From: Eledone cirrhosa
Taxonomy: Eukaryota
Direction: 5' to 3'
Length of the DNA stretch: 64,000 nucleotides
Assembly (NCBI GenBank): GCA_964016885.1
Contig: OZ024744.1
Span: 86,738,001 to 86,802,000 of the forward strand
The notes below the pieces were generated by a model that made no database searches, was not told the origin of the DNA, and worked only from the letters and a program-made list of their open reading frames with translations. The translations under genes were made by a program, and so were the position numbers. Shown one piece after another: positions 14,124-26,166 of this stretch (positions are counted from its first letter, which is position 1; each line of letters opens with the position of its first letter).

Positions 14124-14172
<49 letters not shown>

Positions 14173-14859
14173 TTAAGTACAGACACGCACGCAGTTATGC
14201 ATAGACATACATGCATATACACATATATGTATACATACATATACACACACATATACATATATATATGTATATATGCACATATATATATGTATGTACACAT
14301 ATGTTCGCGCACACATGCGCCCACATACAACCAATTGTGAGTACATTTAAAAACATAGTGAGTATGTAAGGACATGGGGAGTATAACTAAAATAAAATAA
14401 AATGAAGTGAACAGATGGGTGTATAAATTGTGCTGGAAAGTAAACGTTTGTACATAGGTCTGGATAAAGGTAAGTGGTTATAAAGTGACCTGGATAAAAG
14501 TAGAGGACCGAATGAAGGTGGTTAGTGTGTATGTGTTAGAAGTATGGTAGGAAAAAAAGGGTGGGGGATAGTATAAATCAAATGAAATAAATGAATAAAC
14601 ATGAGGGAGAAAAATGTATATATTAGTAGAAAATATGTGTTTATATAATGGACTTAAGTATAATAAAAATAAAATTTACGAGCGAAAGAGGGTAATATCC
14701 ATCGACAGTTGTCTGCTAGGAATCATAGGTATTTCTTCGCGTTAGACACAAGATACATGAGCCTAGGGCGAACAATAACTAAAATAAGATATCGTGTTAA
14801 AAAAAGGGGGAGAGAGAGAAAAAATGTAAACAAAGCAACGAAATATATATTTATATATA

Positions 14860-15032
14860 TATAATATAAAACGAAAAATCAGTGATGCATCTGAACTCAA
14901 TTTATTGTGTGTTACAATTGTTTCGCTGGCGGACAGCTCGAGGGCGAACATTGTGTTGATCTGTCTGATTCTGAACCCGCAGGTTCGACGGACACGTCTA
15001 ATGATTTCGGAGCATATTCTCTCACTGGAGTA
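14860..15032 (-). repeat. Dispersed repeat with variant HHR-like motif; inverted copy of 16805-16978
   Basis: Direct sequence comparison of the two segments. Confidence 0.85.
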
Positions 15033-15439
15033 TCTTTTCAATATAGAGTGCATACACTCTACGTATTCCTTTTTGTAACACCTAATATATTTTCCGTATG
15101 CTGACCCACGTCTCTATCTCATACTTATCTTGTGTACTATCTCATATGCATACACGTTCCTTCTGTTTTTTATATATATATATTCTGCACGCATTTTCTT
15201 TCAACGGTCTGCGCAAGCTATGTACTGTAATACCATGAACACCCATTATGTGGCCTTCCATGCGTGGATTGATCCATGTTCGCAACGTAACAACATCTCT
15301 GTAGACACATACATCTGGGCGCACCCTTTCATGTATAGCACACTGTGAATCTCTATGTGCGATGATATGTATATTTTTAATATTTTTAATATTTTTAATA
15401 TTTTTAATATATTTTATATTTTATATATATCTATATACG

Positions 15440-15509
<70 letters not shown>

Positions 15510-16239
15510 TTGTTATATGTGTACATGTTTATAACAAGATGCATCCTTTCATGTACGACCCATTGTGTATCTTTATATGACTTTGTGTGTATATTCTGTT
15601 TATGTGTATATATGTATAGATACATATATATATGTCAGGTCACCAGTTGGTGCTACTGGTAACATGTATCCCAGTACAACCTGTCTCATGATCGGGTCTT
15701 TGGCGACTAAACTGGCAATCCCACCAAGGTTTCTTGGTGAGGAGGGTGACTTTGGACATCCTGCAGGACTAAAAACAAAACCTGTCAAAGGGCAAAGGAG
15801 CTCTTAAGAGTCAATGGCCATCCAAAATCACCGGGAGAGATGACCCCTTAGCCTTTGTCAACGCAGAATTCTAGGAGAAGGAACACTCTGATATAACACC
15901 TGCAACTCTGATGGTATCCAATGATGTTGACTTGTTCTTCTTTTTGGTAAATATCATCTTGGTTAAGAGAGTGGGACTGGCTTTGTGCAGTGCCTTTGCT
16001 CACTATAAAAGCTTCACGGCACAGGCATTGCTTTATATCTGGAGATCTCTCTGCACTTGTCATCACATGGTACCATGGGCCCAGGACTATGTGTCAATAA
16101 TTGTCACAAGTGTAGTGTTTGTACCAGAGTTTTCAAGTCGCTGGCTGGACTAAAATGTCACACTCGTTCAGCGCATCGGTAGGGGTTCTCCTACATGGAT
16201 ATAAAGTAGTGGCCGTACTCGAAGACGAGTTGGCAGCCA

Positions 16240-16302
<63 letters not shown>

Positions 16303-16804
16303 CGTGTTTGCGAGCGAGTGTGTATCTGTGCGTGTATATATGGGTACGTGTGTGTATGTGTGCGTGCGTGGGTGTATGGGGTGGGGGGTTACGTACATGT
16401 CTGTATGTGTTTGTGTGTACGTGTGTACATACGCGTGTGTGTATGAGCATGTGTGTGTGCGTGTTGATGTATATAGGTCTGTGGGCATGTGTCTATGTAT
16501 GTACGAGCCTCTCTGGATGATTGTATGCGTATGTTTATATGTATATAAACATAAATATGTGGGTATAGCGGGTGCCTATGCGTACGACTGTCGGTATCTA
16601 TGTGGTTGTGTGTGTGTGTGTGGGGGGGGGGTACCCGTGGATGTGTGACAACCAAACACACCAGTAATTCATTGAAGTGTGGCAGACATGGGACAGCGGA
16701 ATAAAACCTGTGGTCAGAATTTATGATGACGTGCCAACCAGCGGCCAATCACTGGCCAAGCGAAGAGGATGAAGTTTTTGACAGTACTGGCCCATAGGGT
16801 CAGA

Positions 16805-16978
16805 TACTCAAGTGAGAGAATATGCTCCGAAATCATTAGACATGTCTGTCGAACCTGCGCGTCTAGAATCAGACAGAACCACACAATGATCGTGTCTCGA
16901 GCTGTCCGCCGGCGAAACAATTGTAACACACAATAAATTGAGTTCAGATGCATCACTGATTTTTCGTTTTATATTATA
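16805..16978 (+). repeat. Dispersed repeat with variant HHR-like motif (16892-16929)
   Basis: GTGT-CTCGA-GCTG(tccgc)CGGC-GAAA-CAATTG-TA-ACAC. Confidence 0.75.
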
Positions 16979-17233
16979 TCATACTCTGCTCTGTAAGAGC
17001 ATAGAGTGCTCAACCGGCATACCGGCTATGGAAGCATCTTAGTTACCATCCGACACACACATATATATATATATAGGTTAACAAGTTATCGTTATAGGTA
17101 ATCCAGTTAGAGTACTCCGCGTCGTGGATAGTTTTAACGTACGGCTTTGTTTGAATCAACAAAATGTTTCCATAGTTATGCAACGAGTTCGCAGTAATTT
17201 CTATGCAGGTTACACTTGGAGTAATAATAGTTA

Positions 17234-17442
17234 AAGAAAGAAGAGTAACATGGTTCGCTGTACAATAAGGGCTTAATTTAAACGTGCTCTGATGTGTTGA
17301 CCAGTGGTAAGCAATGTATTTGAGATCGATTGACGCAACCTCAAGCGATTAGCGAACTCTAGACACACCTGATCAACGAAACAATTGTCAGTACTTTTAA
17401 TAAAGCCCTTATTGTACATCCAACCATGTTACTCTTCTTTCT
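17234..17442 (+). ncRNA. Type I HHR-like motif (A9>U) with ~50-bp extended stem I and enlarged stem II loop
   Basis: GTGCT-CTGATGT-GTTGACCAG...CTGATCAAC-GAAA-CAATTG-TC-AGTAC; flanks 17235-17288 and 17390-17442 are complementary. Confidence 0.65.
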
Positions 17443-17501
<59 letters not shown>

Positions 17502-17540
17502 AGTATGTTTTTGAACAGTGAGCGATTTTGAAATTAAAAA

Positions 17541-17844
17541 TATAAGCTATCACCGTATTTTTGACTAAAGAATTTTTTAGCCTGATAGTGGGGTTAAGAA
17601 CCCTCAGAGAAATGGAAAAAGATGAGTATTGACGTACATGGGAGTCGAACCCACATCTTTGGTTATCCAGACCACTAGATGGGTGATGTATTGGTGTAAT
17701 GGTAGCATAGTGGTCTGGATAATCAAAGATGTGGGTTCGACTCCCATGTTCGTCAATACTCATCTTTTTCCATTTCTCTGAGGGTTCTAAACCCCACTAT
17801 CAGGCTAAAAATGTCTTTAGTCAAAAATACGGTGATAGCTTATA
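17541..17844. mobile_element. tRNA-derived SINE-like element (+, ~17683-17844) with an inverted partial copy, forming a 137-bp hairpin
   Basis: A box TGGTGTAATGG, B box GGTTCGACTCC; arms 17541-17677 and 17708-17844. Confidence 0.8.
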
Positions 17845-18060
17845 TATAACAAATAGTAGAAAAGAAAAAGAATGAAGAGATTTTTTTTCAGTGATTTATG
17901 AAAACATTAGTTTATTTACAATACCGGTTTCAGCATGAAATGCATTGTCAATATTTTTCATGAGTAAAAGAAACTTCCTTGTTTTTTCTATTATATGCAC
18001 TCTGCCTGTGCATGGAGTACTTCTTTTGGTACCAAAACCAGTGATTCACGGTACTACCTA

Positions 18061-18234
<174 letters not shown>

Positions 18235-18542
18235 GCGGTGCCCCAGCATGGCCTCAGCCGGATGGCTGAAACAGGTAAAAGAATATATATATATATATAT
18301 ATATATATGATAACATTTAATCATGAGCCATCTCCGAACCAAATCTATCCTCTATTCTTAGTTTTTGTTCGCCGTATTACTATTATCTTATATAACTAAT
18401 TTGTAATCATACGCCTTAGTCTTGCATCATGATCAGATAATGAAACTTGAAATACGTATAGTCTATTGGCAAAATCAAATTTTAAAGACTGTTTTCACTC
18501 CGGCCTTCTGTTGTTTTTTTAATGAATATGTATGTACATACG

Positions 18543-18670
<128 letters not shown>

Positions 18671-19382
18671 CTGCCACTCGATTTTCTGTAATGCTATCGC
18701 TTGATACTTATGCATGAACATCACATACGTTTCTTTTTAGTCCTTTTAGGGACTTGCCTATGACCAGCAATACCATGTATCGCAAAAAAATGTCACATGT
18801 CGAATGATGCTTGTACTTGAAGCTTTTTGAAGTGAGGACAGGCTTTGCACGGAGCCAATCCAACTCTCTGAACATCGAATACATTTGCCTAATATGTATA
18901 TGTATGAATGTTTATATACCTATGTGCGAAACGTCAGCGAAGAAAAGCAATACATGGGAACTATGCATAAAAAAGATGATATATATTAGCTTCAATTCGA
19001 TATTGCAGGAAAGGAGTCTTAGAGTTTCAGATGTTAGCTTCTTCATCAGTAGATAAAATGAGAGATAGAAGAAGAAAAAGAAACATAGACGTTATTTAAA
19101 AAAAAAAGAAACACTGAATGTTCGAGAAAATAGTATATTTGGGGTAGGGAGCAAACAGTGTGATTTAAAGAAATCACTTCTCTGGATTGTTTATGTATAA
19201 TCACAATTTATTCTCGCTGTGTGAATCGCCTGAGAAGCGATTCCTCTTCAGCACATGGAGTCATAACTTTACCGTATAGTATTAAATAGCGGGCACTAAC
19301 TCTTTACATTATCTTCACTCTACTTTCACAAGTGTCAAGCACTTACCTTGAAATTGTCTCACTTGTCTTTATATATATATAT

Positions 19383-20131
19383 ATCATCATCATCAGGTCG
19401 AGCTTGCTCGGCCTTCTACGACACGTTTCCTTCATCCATCTCTGTCTCTCATAGCGTTTGCCAGTTCTTCCGCATTGCATCCAGTATCGTCCTCAAGTTG
19501 CTTGACGTATGTCTTCTTGGGACGACCAGCGTTTCTTGCTCCATGAGATGGACTCCATAACAACACATCACCTGCTATTTCTTCCTTACTGCACCAACAG
19601 TGGCCAGCAAATCTGAGTCTCTGTCCACGTATGGACCTGCTGATAGGTGGTATATTGCCATAGAGATCCTTATTTGTTGGGTGTTCCCTCCAAGACACGT
19701 TTAATGCAGCGCGGAGCATACGTGTGTATGCCCGACTAGCTTTTTCTTCAGTTTCGACGTTAGCGTCAAGTAATAGAGCCAAAAACAAGCACAGATTCCA
19801 CAGTAGCTCTGAAGAAATTCCTTTTCAGTTTGGCCGGCAGGTTTGATTTCCATATCTTTTCCATTGCATTCAATGCTGCCCAGGCTTTTCCAAGTCTGAT
19901 GTTAACATCATGTTCTGTGGAGGCGATATAGCTACCCAGGTATTTGAAGTCGTCAACTTGCTTGATTATATCGCCGTTTAGACTTCGCATACCAACTGAG
20001 GAGTCTTGGTTCAGGCAAACATATTCTGTTTTGCCTGCGTTGACATAGAGTCCGATTTCCTTTGCAACTGATTCGATGCTGTGAAGTAGTGATGTTGCAT
20101 CCTTAAGCTAGTCAGCGAGAACCGCTAAATC

Positions 20132-20132
<1 letters not shown>
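19383..20132 (-). mobile_element. RTE-clade LINE 3' fragment
   Basis: [46 protein letters not shown]; (GAT)n 3' tail; lies between (TA)n tracts. Confidence 0.85.
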
Positions 20133-20199
<67 letters not shown>

Positions 20200-20224
20200 G
20201 TCTATCTGACTCTCACTCACTCAC

Positions 20225-20337
<113 letters not shown>

Positions 20338-20482
20338 ATGCTACATATATACATACATACATATTTGGGTATAATCGTCCTCTTGTATATCGTGATCTTA
20401 TATATTTTCTTCCATTTAAAATCTCTAACTTTCTTCACTCACTTTCTCTCGCTTTCATACACACACACACACTGACGCACTC

Positions 20483-20567
<85 letters not shown>

Positions 20568-21083
20568 ACACACACACTTCATGTGTCCACACACACTATA
20601 TATATATATTCAACTCATTCTATCATTGAACCTTTCGCAACTGGCATTTTTGAAACGATTCATTTAACAGTATTTGACTCCAGTGGAGAATAAAGTCAAT
20701 ACTTGTAACATCTGGTGGGATAAAATAAATAACTTGAAATACAAATAGGCATCGCACATGGAAACATGCAAACGGTATAGACACGAGAATGTTCGTTCAT
20801 TAAGAAATTAAGGTCATTTCAATAATTTTTTCGGATTTTTCGGATTTTGTTTTTCGAAATGAAAATGATTAATCTTTCAATTTTATTAATGATAATCGAC
20901 AAATATTGAAATAAAAAGTATAGTTTTTTTCGTGAATTATAATTTCATTATTTAAAAGTTATTCAAAATTTTAGTTAAAAATTAAAACAGTAATTATCAT
21001 CATTATACACAACAAAGGCACAAGATCCGTCTTGCACTGTTAAGTGTTTAGATAGATATTTACTTTAAACATTTTTTAAATGT

Positions 21084-21156
<73 letters not shown>

Positions 21157-21314
21157 TTTCTTCTGAACATCAAACGATCTCATAATAGATGTAGATATGA
21201 GCACAAAAATGTATAAACATGTAAATTTGAGATGTGGTATAGGAAGTGCCGTTTAAATAAATTTCGTTTTTAGGTGACGACTTCAAAAAACGTTAATACA
21301 AACTTCTACAACAA

Positions 21315-21655
21315 CTACAACGGTACGCGATGGGGCCCACCCACAGCCCCGGCGGACCGGATGGAGAAGGCGTTTCCCAGGAGGACGGCAAGAGAGACGC
21401 GCTGGAAAAGCCACTCCAACTCGCGGGGCTCACACCTGCGGCTAGCCAGCTGAGCGCCTATGGTGGTGAGTAAGGAGGTAGCCCTGGGGCCGAGGACATC
21501 AGAAGTCTCCACTTCCAGGGGTACGACCGCAAACCTGTCGGAGAGCGACCGGTATTTGAGGAGTTTGACCCCCTCAGCCCGACGTGCAGCAGAACCTGGG
21601 TCAGTCGCAGACATCACCAGGTAGCGGCTGCAGAAAGTGTCGGTGCAAGTGGCAT
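21315..21655 (-). mobile_element. CRE-clade (RLE endonuclease) non-LTR retrotransposon 3' fragment
   Basis: ATCTDT..AEGVKLLKY..FAVVPLEVET..LFQRVSLAVLLGNA. Confidence 0.75.
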
Positions 21656-21777
21656 ATATATATATTCGCATATGCAAGGATTAAGCATTATAAACTTACA
21701 TAAGCCTGAATGTGGTGCCTTAAACTGTAATCATGTCATAATTACACCCCATCCACATATAAATATATATATATATA

Positions 21778-22612
21778 CTAGCAGAATGTCCCGGCGTTGC
21801 TCGGGATTTGCTCTATGGTTCTTATATATTTGATATATATTTATCCTTATCGAGCCTCGTCAAATAAATACGTTTGTTTATATTTTGTTATTGTGTATGC
21901 AAAACTATCTGTACACGAATATATAATTATATATATATATATATTAAAATAACAGATTAAAATTTAAGCAAAGATTCACTGCTTTCACACTGAACGGGAT
22001 CTTGTGAAACTAAAAAAATCAATCTGTGAACGCAGAAAATGGATCGCTGCTTTCACCCTTAACGGGATCTTCTAACTAAAAGCAGTATGAACTACACTAA
22101 GATTAACTGTTGTAATCGTTGGCCTTGTTTGTTTATGTTTTGTTTATGTGTATGCAAAAATATCTAGTGATGCATGTGATTATTTAATCGCCAGCCTTGT
22201 TCGTTTATATTTTGTTTTTTATGTATACAAAACTATCTGTACACGAATATCTATATTAAAATAATATATTAATGTTTAAGCCAAGAATCGCTGCTTTTAA
22301 CCTTAGCGGGATCGTCTGAAACTAAAAAAATCAATCTGTGAACGCAGATGTAAATATTTCGAAAAACGTTGCAACCGAAGGAAAACAGGAAGACGATACT
22401 TTGGTTCGTGAAGACGTTCCCTGGCATAAGAATATATATATATATACACACACTATATATACATATATACACACACGAACTGATGGCGTCATAATGTCGT
22501 AATGCAGACAGCTAAGCATACAGGCAGATATTGCTGGCTTTGTGCCTAAATTAGAAACCATTATGAAGGCGTGACGTCATGTCTATGTATCTATCTAAAA
22601 AGAGAAAGACTA
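21778..22612 (-). mobile_element. Non-autonomous Helitron-like repeat with internal subrepeats
   Basis: Minus-strand 3' end TCCCGAGCAACGCCGGGA hairpin + 7 nt + CTAG|T; homologous to 63322-63935 and to fragments at 25000-25150 and 44660-44710; 5' end uncertain. Confidence 0.65.
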
Positions 22613-23002
22613 GGAGAAAGAGAAAAGGATCGCCACGGGAAGTGGTGACATCACAAACTCTCTCTTTCTATATATATGGCAGTTGAAGTGGTGATGGTGG
22701 CAACGATATACCGGAAGTGCAACTTTGAAAAGAAGTCAATTTTAAATTTTCTATTTTCACGAAATTAATTTTGTTTACGAAATTTAGTAGATAAATTATG
22801 TAATATTTATTCATTATTTATTCAAAGTAATCTAACCTATTTTACTAACGGCATAAAAAAAAAATAAACCGTACGCAGTCCCGTAGACCTTACTTTATTA
22901 TAGTTTAGATTATGTGGGTGGGTCGATACGTTGCTGGTTAACGCGACCATGTTTGCGAAAGTCCCGATGTATATATATATATATGCACACACACACACAC
23001 AG

Positions 23003-23135
<133 letters not shown>

Positions 23136-23241
23136 CAAGAAGCAAAGAAAATTTCTATAATACTAAAGATTTCCTGGTAGGAAGTTCAGGGGTACACCGG
23201 GTTGGTATCCAGTTTCGGGGTGACGAACCAATTAGAAAATC

Positions 23242-23308
<67 letters not shown>

Positions 23309-23309
<1 letters not shown>

Positions 23310-23662
23310 TATAGAGTAAAGCATGTCCAGAGAATTATTTGATAATATATATACATCATCTCTACTCCCAATCAGCATAATTAACCACACGAAAAATCAA
23401 TTAGACCAGGCTATTAGAATAAGAGGCATCTATGAAGAAACAGTAAATAAATACGCCATCGCGGCCCCTTCGCGTGCAACCGCTATAGAATATTTACCCA
23501 ACATTTCGACAGCACGTGAAAATTAATTAATTACACGGTCAACCATACATAATTAGGTAAAAATTAATGTTAGAAATGCTTATATACATACCAGGACTAA
23601 ATCACGTTAGATGATGTATATATATTATCAAATAATTCTCTGGACATGCTTTACTCTATAGT
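23309..23662. repeat. ~53-bp near-perfect inverted repeat with ~250-bp spacer, abutting (TA)n
   Basis: ACTATAGAGTAAAGCATGTCCAGAGAATTATTTGATAATATATATACATCATCT and its reverse complement at 23609-23662. Confidence 0.85.
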
Positions 23663-23775
23663 ATTTCGTTCTGATTAATTAATTTATTAATTAATTCTCC
23701 ATTGAGCCACATCGTGAAAAGTTGCTAAAACACATATATACCTGTGACTTTGTCTAATTGGTGTATGTGTAAATA

Positions 23776-23850
<75 letters not shown>

Positions 23851-23855
<5 letters not shown>

Positions 23856-24023
23856 GAGGAGTTGTGGTCAGGAACCAGATGGACCATAATGCACCAGAGT
23901 ACTCAATACTTAGATTAGTAGAGTGGGTAATAGGAGAAAGAATGACCCCGACGGCAGAGCTCAAGCCGTTTGGACGGCTATTTCCAGATATAGCCGTCGA
24001 AATGGCTTGACCTCTACCGTTGG

Positions 24024-24027
<4 letters not shown>
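23851..24027 (+). mobile_element. Short (TA)n-embedded element with terminal palindrome, copy 1
   Basis: Homologous to 29997-30136 (-) and 60417-60612 (+). Confidence 0.75.
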
Positions 24028-24094
<67 letters not shown>

Positions 24095-24177
24095 TAAAAT
24101 AACAGATTAAAGTTTATATTTATCCTTATCGAGCCCTCTTTCGATTTTACTCTTCAAATTTATTATTATCACTATAC

Positions 24178-24655
24178 ATATGTGGAAGTCGGACCTTCGT
24201 AAAGACCTGAAAATCCGCCTCTTCATTGCTGTGGTGGAGTCTGTGCATCTGTACGGGTCTGCGACTTGGACACTGACCAAGAAACTCACTCAGATGGTGG
24301 ATGGGTACTACACAATAATGCTGAGGATGGCTCTAAACATTAATCAGTAAACACTGAGGACGGAAAACTCAGAGGTGTATGGGAGCCTCCCAAAAATCAG
24401 CTCAAAAGTGACAAAGAGGAGACTGAGATTAGCTGGACATGCTCACCGACATCCACAGTTGACATTGCACTCAGTGCTCCTGTGGGAGCCCCTACGTGGA
24501 AACACTGGAAGAGGAAGACCAAGGTTAACGTATGTTGATGATCTAAGGACAGGCACTGATCTGTTGGAGACGCAGGACATGGCAGCGATAATGAGGGACA
24601 GAGACCGCTGGAGAGAAACTCATCCATGGATCTCGGGAATTTTACCCGCCCTAGA
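24178..24655 (+). mobile_element. RTE-clade LINE 3' fragment
   Basis: WKSDLRKDLKIRLFIAVVESVHLYGSATWTLT..RLRLAGHAHRH..LLWEPLRG..GRPRLTYVDDL. Confidence 0.85.
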
Positions 24656-24908
24656 ATATATATATATATATATATATTTATATAAATATATATATATATA
24701 TATTATGCATTGTATATATGTATATATGTGAATGTGCATGCGTATGGTTGTGTGTATGTCCTTCTCTGCTGATATGAATACTCACAGAAGCAAATGTGTA
24801 CAAAATGTGTATTGTTTTATTAATTTACATCACAGATTCGTTATCTTTTTGGAAATCTATTTCTTTATTTCCCCTGTTAAGTCTTTATACATGTTCAAAT
24901 TTATATAT

Positions 24909-24997
<89 letters not shown>

Positions 24998-25158
24998 TAA
25001 AAACTATCGTCTTCCTGTTTTCCTTCGGTTGCAACGTGTTTCGAAATATTTATTTCTGCGTTCAGAGATTGTTTTATTTAGTTTCAGAAGATCCCGTTAA
25101 GGGTGTAAGCATCGATTCTTTGCTTAAACTTTAATCTGTTATTTTAATAAATAAATAA

Positions 25159-25226
<68 letters not shown>

Positions 25227-25375
25227 TTATACTTTTGGAGGGTCATGTTGCCAATAAGAAAAACACGCACCAGTTTCTTTCACTCCAATTTATTATAAAT
25301 TAAATTATAAATTTAAAAATGTATACATTTCCGGTTGGTTGGTTGGTTCCACAACCGGACGATTGTTCATATATT

Positions 25376-25418
25376 GTCAAAGTTCTTTCGTCACACATTA
25401 TGTGACCTCTTCAGTGAC
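25376..25418 (-). ncRNA. Minimal type I HHR in inverted pLTR
   Basis: GTCA-CTGAAGA-G-GTCACAT(aat)GTGTGAC-GAAA-GAAC-TT-TGAC. Confidence 0.8.
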
Positions 25419-26166
25419 TGAGGATTCTTTTCTTTGTTTTGTGCCTCTTCTTTGTTCTGTCCTACGCCATCTTGTTTTTGTGTGTGTTGTGTGCTTACTT
25501 TGTGCATGTGTTACATCCGGGTGTCTGTGTGTGTTGTTATTTGTTTATTTATTTGTTTATTTACATGTTACTAGTTGGTTGTTTGTTCTATGTGTGTGTG
25601 TTTTCATTTTGTCCTTAATTGTAAGTTGTGATATTGCTATTCCATTCATGTTCATGCTATTCCATTCAAGTTCATTTATGTTTATTACCCTCTGTGATTT
25701 GTCTAAACATTGCGTCTTTCCTGTGTGTAGATTTTATTTTTATTTCTATGTTCTCTAATTTGCCCTTATGTTCTATTTTAGCATGTTGGTGGTGTACTGT
25801 TGATTCTTTTCTATCTTGAAGTTCTCGCCAGTGTTCATTTAATCGTTCTCTTATACTACGAGCTGTCTCACCTATGTACACTATATTCTTATCTTTACAT
25901 TGTCCTTCAGTACATCTTATGCTACATACTATGTTTCTCGTTTTGCAGTTAATATGGGGGCTTAGTTTACAGATTATCCATTTCTTATCTATACAGGGAG
26001 GTCTTTGAAAAGGGCATGTATTACTAATATGACATACAGACACAAACAACAATAGCAACAACACACACACAACAATAATAACAACATACACAGATACAAT
26101 AACAACAACAACAACACATATCAACAACAACAACACACATCAACAGCAACAACACACATATATCCT

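Larger units (their letters stand above)
12388..14125. mobile_element. Tandem/inverted array of ~454-bp hammerhead-bearing units (non-LTR retrozyme-like)
   Basis: Unit repeats at ~12388-12832 and 12833-13115, inverted at ~13200-13795, forward again at ~13805-14125; one HHR per unit; flanked by (TA)n. Confidence 0.75.

Noticed and set aside
17683-17756. Functional tRNA gene
   Set aside because: A and B boxes are present but the anticodon arm does not fold convincingly; treated as a SINE head
17928-17965. HHR-like string on minus strand (TTGACAA-TGCAT..ATGCT-GAAA-CCGG-TA)
   Set aside because: Two core mismatches and no clear stem I; probably a decayed HHR but not supportable alone
19212-19256. 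CTGAAGA-G + 7-bp stem II on minus strand
   Set aside because: The GAAA and cleavage-site half is missing
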